NCBI GenBank assembly: GCA_002269645.1
Contig: NIVC01004175.1
Span: 59,044-98,905 of the forward strand
From: Macrostomum lignano
Taxonomy: Eukaryota
DNA length: 39,862 nt
Direction: 5' to 3'
Positions 11,001-21,365 of this stretch are shown here, one piece after another. How positions within the stretch are numbered: position 1 is the stretch's first letter; every line of letters begins with the position of its first letter. The translations under genes and the position numbers were made by a program. A model generated the notes under the pieces. It searched no databases, was not told where the DNA came from, and worked only from the letters and a program-made list of their open reading frames with translations.

Positions 11001-13589
11001 TGATGGCCGGGGCGACTTATTTATAGTATCCTTAAGGACCACTAGGAACACTTCGTCTAGTAGTCCTTGAGTATCCTTCAGAAGAGCCAAGTCCAGGAAC
11101 ACCAGACTCCCACTTCTGATCTCCCTGGGAACACAACTTTCTGCAACAAAAAATCGCTTTAATTTTTTCGTTTTCAGTGTTATTGACAACAGTCGCTTTT
11201 CTCCCTATAGCTCGCTCCTATAGTTAGAATTTCCGTCTAGAGTAAACAAAATTTATATGGTTGAAGAAAGTTCGCAAGGTAAAACGAACCAATCTCATTT
11301 TCTCGCGCAAGTTTGATTTTTTTAATTCGTTTTCTTTGAAACTTCAAAACAGTATAATAGAGGAATTTTAATCACCATATTACCATTTAATAAGCCTAAT
11401 TAATGCTTCGCCAACCTCTGCCTTAAGCAACACCAATGATGTTTCTCTAATGCTTCCATTATGATTAATAATATCAAAAGTTAGTTCTTTTTTGTTTCCA
11501 AACAAGCCAGTGGCGGATGTGGATCTAGGAATTTTAAACTAGGCCTAAAGTAGGGGGCAGATTGGCCCAATTTCTTGGGTTGGGTTGGGCTAAATAAGCC
11601 CAAATCAGATCAGCTCAAAATTAAGCCCTAAAATATCCCTCTTATATGCAAGTCCAGCCACGACAAAAAAGGGCCTATGATGGGCCTAGCACTTTCCAAG
11701 TCCTCAGTATAGGCCTATGAGTGATAGGCAATTTTAGCATAGGCCTAATCCTAGTTTCCCACATTCTGACAGGTTCTCTCACTTTGCTTTGCTAAGAGAA
11801 CGAGTTGCAATTGCAACTTGCAGGACAAGATTAGGTTAGGCCAACCCCCTGCTGCTGATGAGGGGTAATAGCTAAGTAATAGCTACCTTACCTAAATCAA
11901 ATGTAGGCCTAATCGATTATACTAGGCCTAAAATAAATGCTAATGAAGAATTATTGAATTACTAAGCATTGATAATAGAAATAAAGGCACAACTCAATCT
12001 AAAAGCAAACTTTAACATTAAATAAATTTAATTGAATGATGCATTTCGCATAATACTGTGCATCTTTAGGTTTAGGCCTATTTTTGAGCAAAAGAAACGA
12101 GTGGCCTAAGATTGGCAGTAAATAAATACAAAATTTTAGGGTATAAATTCAATAAATATTTAAAGTACATGTTTGTTGGTCCAAAAGACAAGAGGCAAAA
12201 TCCAGGGATGGAATGATAGGCCTAGCGATATAGTTAGAAGTAAATAATGTACATCTACTAGTACCTCTTCCCTTAGAACACACAGAAAACATGTGACCCT
12301 ACATTATTGTATTGGAGTTGAGTGTTCAAGTTGGGGGGAATGCACTTTAATGTACAGTGCTTCAAGTATCTGCAGTTTGGAGTCAAATGAACATTGATCA
12401 ATAACTTGATTTAGGCTAATGTTGATTTTTGCTTTCTTATAATCCTATTGATCTTACTTGCTAAGCGAGCAACTTTAACTAAAAGCCAACTTTATGTCTT
12501 ACCTTATATATAGTTTCTTAGATAGAATAGGCCTATAGATATCTTATTAAGTTAGGCTATTTTGATATGGTTATTAATTTTCTTGAATTCTTAGGCTTTG
12601 ATACTTGTGCATATTAGGCCATATATAACATATTAACAAGGAAGGTTAAATATTCACAAGTTTAGACTTTAGGTTGTTTTTTGATAGTCTATTTATAAAA
12701 TTTTGGTTTGGGTTTTTAATGAGTTAGGCCTAGTATAATTTTTATTGTTTATAATTTTTTCATGAAAAAATGAAATGAAATGAAATGAAAATAATTGTTT
12801 ATTATAATGAAATTATATCAATTTACAATTCCAAAAAATACTACAAAATAGTTTTACCAAATCTAAATGCTTTTGAAAAATTGTCTTATAAATAATTTCA
12901 TTAGACAATAAATAAAATTCTTAAAAATATCAAATTAAAAAGATGCTAGAACTAGACTTTTTTTTAATTTTGATTTCCAATTTTTTTTCAAACTGTAATT
13001 TGCACTTGAAAACTCCAAAAACTGTTTTGGAACATTTCTAATGCTTATTGATAATAATATCCATATACTAAAAATGGTCTGTTGGTATGTGTGTGATCGA
13101 TTTTAGCAAAAACGGCTCAACCGATTTTATTCGAACTTGCACCATTCGATCAGAAAATTTTCCGTGACGGTACATGCATCGTGGCTAAGAAATTGCTCGA
13201 TGCTAAAGGGATTAAATATTCGAAAAACATGCTTTTTTGCAAAGGTCAAGCAGCTATTTCGACTTGAAACGCACTGTAAAAATGCTAGAGAAAAAACTGA
13301 CTGGTTGAATTCTGATTCTGAAATAGATTGCATCACAATACACTTTATTTATCGTCTGTGTACTGGCTGAATTTGACACTCAATTGAATTGCGTCACAGC
13401 TTTGAGTGTGAAAGTATAGTGCAGTACTGAATTTATATTACGTAACCATATTGTTAGCTTTCATAGACACTGGTACTGACTTGCCTAAGAAATTGATTAT
13501 GTCATAACTGCTTCGCGTGACTTTTTACTCTACCTGACTTGGTGTGAGTGTTGAATTATATAAGTGGTACAAATTCACTGATAACTTCA

Positions 13590-13700
13590 ATGAGAGCTAG
13601 CCTAGAGCTGAGCAGACCAGACTGCTAATGCAGCGACCTGGGTTCGAATCTAAGTAGTTTAAAAGTAGTAGTGTAAAATTTTTTATTAAAAGCTTTTATT
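13590..13700 (+). mobile_element. tRNA-like (SINE-head-like) segment, copy 1
   Basis: A-box-like TAGCCTAGAG, CTGCTAA loop, B-box GGTTCGAATC, then T6 at 13679-13684. Confidence 0.5.
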
Positions 13701-13721
13701 AAAGGACTAAATAAAAACACT

Positions 13722-16700
13722 TAGATTACTGCACTCGATAAGCTAAGGATTATTGCTCTTGGCAAACCAAGGAATACTGCACTCGATAAGCCAAGGATTA
13801 TTGCTCTTGGCAAACCAAGGATTACTGCACTCGATAAGCCAAGGATTATTGCTCTTGGCAAACCAAGGATTACTGCACTCGATAAGCCAAGGATTATTGC
13901 TCTTAATAAACCAAGGATTACTGCACTTGGAAAACTAAGGATTACTGCACTCGATAAACTTAGGATTATTGCTCTTGGCAAACCAAGGATTACTGCACTC
14001 GATAAACCAAGGATTATTGCACTTGATAAACCAAGGATTATTGCACTTGATAAACCAAGGATTATTGCTCTTGGCAAACCAAGGAATACTGCACTCGATA
14101 AGCCAAGGATTATTGCTATTAATAAACCAAGGATTACTGCACTCAATAAACCAAGGACTATTGCTATTAATAAACCAAGGATTACTGCACTCAATAAACC
14201 AAGGACTATTGCTCTTGGCAAACCAAGGATTACTGCACTCGATAAGCCAAGGACTATTGCTCTTGGCAAACCAAGGATTACTGCACTCGATAAGCCATGG
14301 ATTATTGCTATTAATAAACCAAGGATTACTGCACTCGATAAGCCAAGGATTATTGCTATTAATAAACCAAGGATTACTGCACTCGATAAGCCAAGGATTA
14401 TTGCTATTAATAAACCAAGGATTACTGCACTTAATTTATCAAGGATTATTGCTATTATTAAACCAAGGATTACTGCACTCAATAAGCCAAGGATTATTGC
14501 TATTAATAAACCAAGGATTAATGCACTTGATTAATCAAGGATTATTGCTATTAATAAACCAAGGATTACTGCACTCGATAAACCAAGGACTATTGCTCCT
14601 GGCAAACCAAGGATTACTGCACTCAATAAGCCAAGGATTATTGCTATTAATAAACCAAGGATTACTGCACTCGATAAGCCAAGGATTATTGCTATTAATA
14701 AACCAAGGATTGCTGCACTCGATAAGCCAAGGATTATTGCTATTAATAAACCAAGGATTACTGCACTCGATAAGCCAAGGATTATTGCTATTAATAAACC
14801 AAGGATTGCTGCACTCGATAAGCCAAGGATTATTGCTATTAATAAACCAAGGATTGCTGCACTCGATAAGCCAAGGATTATTGCTATTAATAAACCAAGG
14901 ATTACTGCACTCGATAAGCCATGGATTATTGCTATTAATAAACCAAGGATTACTGCACTCGATAAGCCAAGGATTATTGCTATTAATAAACCAAGGATTA
15001 CTGCACTCGATAAGCCAAGGATTATTGCTATTAATAAACCAAGGATTGCTGCACTCGATAAGCCAAGGATTATTGCTATTAATAAACCAAGGATTGCTGC
15101 ACTCGATAAGCCAAGGATTATTGCTATTAATAAACCAAGGATTACTGCACTCGATAAGCCATGGATTATTGCTATTAATAAACCAAGGATTGCTGCACTC
15201 GATAAGCCAAGGATTATTGCTATTAATAAACCAAGGATTGCTGCACTCGATAAGCCAAGGATTATTGCTATTAATAAACCAAGGATTACTGCACTCGATA
15301 AGCCAAGGATTATTGCTATTAATAAACCAAGGATTACTGCACTCGATAAGCCAAGGATTATTGCTATTAATAAACCAAGGATTACTGCACTCGATAAGCC
15401 AAGGATTATTGCTATTAATAAACCAAGGCTTACTGCACTCGATAAGCCAAGGATTATTGCTATTAATAAACCAAGGATTACTGCACTCGATAAGCCATGG
15501 ATTATTGCTATTAATAAACCAAGGATTACTGCACTCGATAAGCCAAGGATTATTGCTATTAATAAACCAAGGATTACTGCACTCGATAAGCCAAGGATTA
15601 TTGCTCTTGGCAAACCAAGGATTACTGCACTCGATAAACCAAGGACTATTGCTATTAATAAACCAAGGATTGCTGCACTCGATAAGCCAAGGATTATTGC
15701 TATTAATAAACCAAGGATTGCTGCACTCGATAAGCCAAGGATTATTGCTATTAATAAACCAAGGATTACTGCACTCGATAAGCCATGGATTATTGCTATT
15801 AATAAACCAAGGATTACTGCACTCGATAAGCCAAGGATTATTGCTATTAATAAACCAAGGATTACTGCACTCGATAAGCCAAGGATTATTGCTATTAATA
15901 AACCAAGGATTGCTGCACTCGATAAGCCAAGGATTATTGCTATTAATAAACCAAGGATTGCTGCACTCGATAAGCCAAGGATTATTGCTATTAATAAACC
16001 AAGGATTACTGCACTCGATAAGCCATGGATTATTGCTATTAATAAACCAAGGATTGCTGCACTCGATAAGCCAAGGATTATTGCTATTAATAAACCAAGG
16101 ATTGCTGCACTCGATAAGCCAAGGATTATTGCTATTAATAAACCAAGGATTACTGCACTCATAAGCCATGGATTATTGCTATTAATAAACCAAGGATTAC
16201 TGCACTCGATAAGCCAAGGATTATTGCTATTAATAAACCAAGGATTGCTGCACTCGATAAGCCAAGGATTATTGCTATTAATAAACCAAGGATTACTGCA
16301 CTCGATAAGCCAAGGATTATTGCTATTAATAAACCAAGGATTGCTGCACTCGATAAGCCAAGGATTATTGCTATTAATAAACCAAGGATTACTGCACTCG
16401 ATAAGCCAAGGATTATTGCTATTAATAAACCAAGGATTGCTGCACTCGATAAGCCAAGGATTATTGCTATTAATAAACCAAGGATTGCTGCACTCGATAA
16501 GCCAAGGATTATTGCTATTAATAAACCAAGGATTACTGCACTCGATAAGCCATGGATTATTGCTATTAATAAACCAAGGATTACTGCACTCGATAAGCCA
16601 AGGATTATTGCTATTAATAAACCAAGGATTACTGCACTCGATAAGCCAAGGATTATTGCTATTAATAAACCAAGGATTGCTGCACTCGATAAGCCAAGGA

Positions 16701-17190
16701 TTATTGCTATTAATAAACCAAGGATTGCTGCACTCGATAAGCCAAGGATTATTGCTATTAATAAACCAAGGATTACTGCACTCGATAAGCCATGGATTAT
16801 TGCTATTAATAAACCAAGGATTGCTGCACTCGATAAGCCAAGGATTATTGCTATTAATAAACCAAGGATTGCTGCACTCGATAAGCCAAGGATTATTGCT
16901 ATTAATAAACCAAGGATTACTGCACTCGATAAGCCAAGGATTATTGCTATTAATAAACCAAGGATTACTGCACTCGATAAGCCAAGGATTATTGCTATTA
17001 ATAAACCAAGGATTACTGCACTCGATAAGCCAAGGATTATTGCTATTAATAAACCAAGGATTACTGCACTCGATAAGCCAAGGATTATTGCTATTAATAA
17101 ACCAAGGATTACTGCACTCGATAAGCCATGGATTATTGCTATTAATAAACCAAGGATTACTGCACTCGATAGCCAAGGATTACTGCGCTT
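13722..17190. repeat. 48-bp satellite made of two alternating 24-bp subunits (CCAAGGATTATTGCTATTAATAAA + CCAAGGATTACTGCACTCGATAAG), about 70 dimers
   Basis: Direct reading; 16-aa period in translation; extra subunit variants (CTCTTGGCAAA, CACTTGATAAA) are concentrated at the left edge. Confidence 0.98.
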
Positions 17191-17204
17191 GATAAGCTTG
17201 GCTA

Positions 17205-17420
17205 CATGTATAGGATTATTTCTATCCAGGGATGCTTGCTATTTAGGGATTCTTGCTATGTGCAGGATGCTTGCTATCTGGAAGGATGCTTCTACATTAT
17301 TTGGGGTATGCTTGCTATCTGCAAGATGCTTGCTATCTGGGTGGATGCTTGCTAGGAGTATTAGGGGATGCTTGCTACTGGGGGGATGCTTGCTGTCTTG
17401 GGAATATTTTCTATTTAGGG
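17205..17420. repeat. Diverged tandem array with GGATGCTTGCTA core
   Basis: About 10 irregularly spaced copies directly after the 48-bp satellite. Confidence 0.75.
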
Positions 17421-17437
17421 GTAATGACTAAAATTCA

Positions 17438-17533
17438 TGAGAGCTAGCCTAGAGGTAAACAGACTAAACTGCTAAATGCAGGGACGATGGTTCGAATTTT
17501 TAGAGAGTAGAGTTTTTTTAATTAAAGCTTTTT
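17438..17533 (+). mobile_element. tRNA-like (SINE-head-like) segment, copy 2
   Basis: ATGAGAGCTAGCCTAGAG...ACTGCTAAATGCAG...GGTTCGAAT...ATTAAAGCTTTT; diverged direct repeat of 13590-13700. Confidence 0.5.
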
Positions 17534-17553
17534 AACGCCAAGACAAAAAAAAA

Positions 17554-17575
17554 TTAGGGTTAGGGTTAGGGTTAG
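17554..17575 (+). repeat. Short interstitial telomeric repeat (TTAGGG)3 TTAG
   Basis: Direct reading; preceded by A9. Confidence 0.8.
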
Positions 17576-18722
17576 AAAGTAGACAGATTTTTTAAGATTT
17601 CAAGGCTTATGGGAGCATCGCTGAGATGTCAAGGGGGAGTTGATATGTTAAGGCTTGTGGGGGGGGGATTGCTGACATGTCAAGGCTTACACGGGTACTG
17701 GTAGCGTACTGAAGCATACTGGTAGAAGTAGCTCTGAAAGAAGGCAAGTATGGTTGAATTTCAATGTCTGTTATAAAATTCTGCACAAACATGTTTTATT
17801 GGTACATAAGCCTGGAATTAAAATGAGAAATCGATTCCTAGCCCCCCTCCCTAAGAATTTTTTTTCATTTTAAAGGATTCGTCCCTTGCTTATTGGCCAC
17901 CCCGAAGGGGGGCGCTAGATTGCTAGTCCATATACTAAAAATGGTTTGTTGATATCTAATTTTTTCTGTTTTTTTGTTTGCATATAATAAATTTATGACT
18001 TTACCTTATTATATATAGCACAAATCTACAAAACTAGATTTTTTATAATTTATCTTCTAAAATTAAATGATCTGCCTTTATGGTCTAAAAGTAAACGGGC
18101 TCTTGTTTTATAATGATATAAAGATTTTATATTGTTTAAATATTTTGCTTATTTTGTATTAATTATAACTATTTTTATTAAGAGAAGCATAATATATTTT
18201 CCTAACCAAACTAATGATTTAAATCTACTAAAACAAGAGTTGTTAACTTTGCTCCAAAACTTTTAATTATCACCTTAATCATACATATGCCATATCCCTG
18301 ATTTATAATAGCCATGGGACTTACTTTTTGACCAAAAATGCAACTTGTCTATGAAAGAAACCCTATTGCAAAAAAATAACTCAATTTTGAGTAAATAGAA
18401 GGTGTAACTGTGACTGGCTTATTAAGGCTAAATGCTTTGCCATCTAATTTTTACTATGTTTATTATTTTAGGTGGGCAGTTTTGTGACTTACCCCTAGTC
18501 CACCACAATTTATAGTTGCTAGATCGGCCAGGTTGTGCCCATATGACCTTAATAGTATATAGGTCATATTTAATTGGTTTCCAAATTATTTATTGAATCA
18601 TGAATTTTAATAACATTAGACTTATATAATAAAAGGTTTCTTAAGTAGCAGAAATTCTATAGTATTGAAATAAGTTAAAACTAGATATTAATCTATAGTC
18701 TTAGTATTGTATTAATCTCTTA

Positions 18723-18870
18723 TTAGAGATCTCATTATCTAGGTAATAATCCCTAATTAGAGATCTCATTATCTAGGTAATAATCCCTAATTAGAGATCT
18801 CATTTTCTCTAAAACATTTATTTTCTGGGATAGTAAAGATCCCATTATCTAGGTATTATTCCTAATTAGG
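18723..18870. repeat. 34-bp tandem repeat TTAGAGATCTCATTATCTAGGTAATAATCCCTAA (2 perfect, 1 partial, 1 diverged copy)
   Basis: Direct reading, 60-210 bp upstream of the PLD6 start codon. Confidence 0.85.
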
Positions 18871-18932
18871 TATCCAATGTGATCTCAGTGCTATAAAGCA
18901 ACATAATTTAAAAATATACTCTACAACACTTT

Positions 18933-19352
18933 ATGAGTCTCTCAGTTGCACAGCGCTATCTCCTACTGGCTGGCGCGGGGCTGGCCTGCCTAGCCGCCGG
19001 TCCTCTGCTCGAACGCCTACTCAAATTTCTTATCAATCGTCGCCAAAGCCGCGGCCGTTGCCGTCGCCAATTTGATTGCATCTTCTTTTCTGGCGGCAGC
19101 TTGCTTCCGCCGTGCCAAGCCGCTAGCCAGGCCTTGGCCGCCGCTGCCTCCTCGTCCAACGATCCAGCCGTGTTTTGTCCGGACCCGTCCGACTGCAGAC
19201 TGAGCCACAGCAGCCAGCATCCGTACTTCCAGCTGATTAGGCAGCTGGCTTCGGCCGTCCGCAGTCTGGACTTGTGTATGTACACTTTGAGTAGCCCAGA
19301 CTTATCTGCTCTGTTGCTGGCGCTCAGTCAGCGAAAACCGAGGCCTGTGCGG
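18933..19352 (+). CDS. PLD6: PLD6 / Zucchini / MitoPLD, exon 1 of 2
   Basis: N-terminal hydrophobic anchor, CCCH-type spacing (PPC...FCP...DCRLSH), QLIRQLASAVRSLDLCMYTLSSPDL; 140 codons then donor CGG|GTGAGT. Confidence 0.9.
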
Positions 19353-19389
19353 GTGAGTAGCTGTGTGCAAGCATGTGGCTGTGGTGTCA

Positions 19390-21003
19390 CGGCCATAGAA
19401 GCTTCATTTTCTATGTACACTCGGCCATAGAAACTTTATTTTCTATGTACACCCGGCCATAGAAACTTCATTCTCTATGTACACCCGGCCATAGAAGCTT
19501 CATTTTCTATGTACACTCGGCCATAGAAGCTTCAGTTTCTATGTACACTCGGCCATAGAAGCTTCATTTTCTGTGTACACCCGGCCATAGAAGCTTCACC
19601 ACCTATGTACACCCGGCCATAGAAGCTTCACCACCTATGTACACCCGGTCATAGAAGCTTTATTCTCTATGTACACCCGGCCATAGAAGCTTCACCACCT
19701 ATGTACACCCGGCCATAGAAGCTTTATTCTCTATGTACACCCGGCCATAGAAGCTTCACCACCTATGTACACCCGGCCATAGAAGCTTCATTTTCTATGT
19801 ACACTCGGCCATAGAAGCTTCATTTTCTATCTACACCCGGCCATAGAAGCTTCATTTTCTATGTACACTCGGCCATAGAAGCTTCATTTTCTATGTACAC
19901 CCGGCACCCGGCCATAGAAGCTTCATTTTCTGTGTACACCCGGCCATAGAAGCTTCATTTTCTATGTACACTCGGCCATAGAAGCTTCATTTTCTATGTA
20001 CACTCGGCCATAGAAGCTTCATTTTCTATCTACACTCGGCCATAGAAGCTTCATTTTCTATCTACACCCGGCCATAGAAGCTTCATTTTCTATGTACACT
20101 CGGCCATAGAAGCTTCATTTTCTATGTACACCCGGCACCCGGCCATAGAAGCTTCATTTTCTGTGTACACCCGGCCATAGAAGCTTCATTTTCTATGTAC
20201 ACCCGGCCATAGAAGCTTCATTTTCTATCTACACTCGGCCATAGAAGCTTCATTTTCTATCTACACCCGGCCATAGAAGCTTCATTTTCTATGTACACTC
20301 GGCCATAGAAACTTCATTTTCTATGTACACCTGGCCATAGAAACTTCATTTTCTGTGTACACTCGGCCATAGAAACTTCATTCTCTATGTACACCCGACC
20401 ATAGAAGCTTCATTTTCTATGTACACTCGGCCATAGAAGCTTCATTTTCTATGTACACCCGGCACCCGGCCATAGAAGCTTCATTTTCTGTGTACACCCG
20501 GCCATAGAAGCTTCATTTTCTATGTACACCCGGCCATAGAAGCTTCATTTTCTATCTACACTCGGCCATAGAAGCTTCATTTTCTATCTACACCCGGCCA
20601 TAGAAGCTTCATTTTCTATGTACACTCGGCCATAGAAACTTCATTTTCTATGTACACCTGGCCATAGAAACTTCATTTTCTGTGTACACTCGGCCATAGA
20701 AACTTCATTCTCTATGTACATTCGGCCATAGAAGCTTCATTTTCTGTGTACACCCGGCCATAGAAGCTTCATTTTCTATGTACACCCGGCCATAGAAGCT
20801 TCATTTTCTATGTACACTCGGCCATAGAAGCTTCATTTTCTATGTACACTCGGCCATAGAAGCTTCATTTTCTATGTACACTCGGCCATAGAAACTTCAT
20901 TTTCTATGTACACTCGGCCATAGAAGCTTCATTTTCTATGTACACTCGGCCATAGAAACTTCATTCTCTATGTACATTCGGCCATAGAAGCTCGACCATA
21001 GAA
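19390..21003. repeat. 32-bp intronic minisatellite GGCCATAGAAGCTTCATTTTCTATGTACAC(T/C)C, about 50 copies
   Basis: Direct reading; fills almost the whole 1716-bp PLD6 intron. Confidence 0.98.
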
Positions 21004-21068
21004 GCCAACCAATCCTTGTCAGGTTTACATTGTGTACACTGGACCAAAAACCAATGAATGCACCGCAG

Positions 21069-21365
21069 GTTCGCGTCATATGCGACTCGGAGCAGCTGCA
21101 CTCTCTTGGCAGCGCCATAGCCAAGCTGCGTTCGGCCGGCTTGCCGATTCGGGCGGATTCAACTTCCTATTTTATGCATCACAAGTTCTGCGTGATTGAT
21201 CGCTCCTTAGTGCTGACAGGCAGTCTGAACTGGACTGGCCAGGGCACCCTGGGCAATTGGGAGAATGTTGTGGCGCTAGACGATGTCAAAGTTGTCGAAG
21301 CTTTTCGACGAGAATTCGAGCGGCTGTGGCAGGAATTCTCGCCTGCCAGTCGATCGGCTCGATGA
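21069..21365 (+). CDS. PLD6: PLD6 / Zucchini exon 2 (single HKD catalytic motif)
   Basis: CAG|GTT acceptor in phase 0; VRVICD, MHHKFCVID, TGSLNWT, NWENV, FRREFERLW; joined product 238 aa; AATAAA at 21461. Confidence 0.93.
   Translation, partial: VRVICDSEQLHSLGSAIAKLRSAGLPIRADSTSYFMHHKFCVIDRSLVLTGSLNWTGQGTLGNWENVVALDDVKVVEAFRREFERLWQEFSPASRSAR

Larger units (their letters stand above)
13060..17926 (+). mobile_element. Probable non-autonomous Helitron carrying an internal satellite
   Basis: Starts A|TCCATATACTAAAAATGG, followed by GTATGTGTGTG and AAACGGCTCAACCGATTTT typical of invertebrate Helitron-derived repeats. Ends with GC hairpin GCCACCCCGAAGGGGGGC (17896-17913), then CTAG (17923-17926) and T. 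No Rep/helicase ORF. Confidence 0.6.

Noticed and set aside
11855-11861. Hammerhead ribozyme core CTGATGA
   Set aside because: No downstream GAAA in a closing stem II and no flanking stems.
13594-13655. Functional tRNA-Ser gene
   Set aside because: The anticodon and acceptor stems do not pair by eye; kept only as a tRNA-like segment.
13722-17190. CRISPR-like alternation of a constant CCAAGGATT block and variable segments
   Set aside because: The variable segments are a few recurring types rather than unique spacers, there are no cas genes, and the context is eukaryotic.
13969-17192. Long ORFs (338-881 aa) of LLLLINQGLLHSISQG / IECSNPWFINSNNPWL / SSAVILGLLIAIILGL repeats
   Set aside because: They result from a 48-bp period that is stop-free in three frames. 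Single-base deletions at about 16160 and 17170 shift frame, and there is no unique coding flank or splice context.
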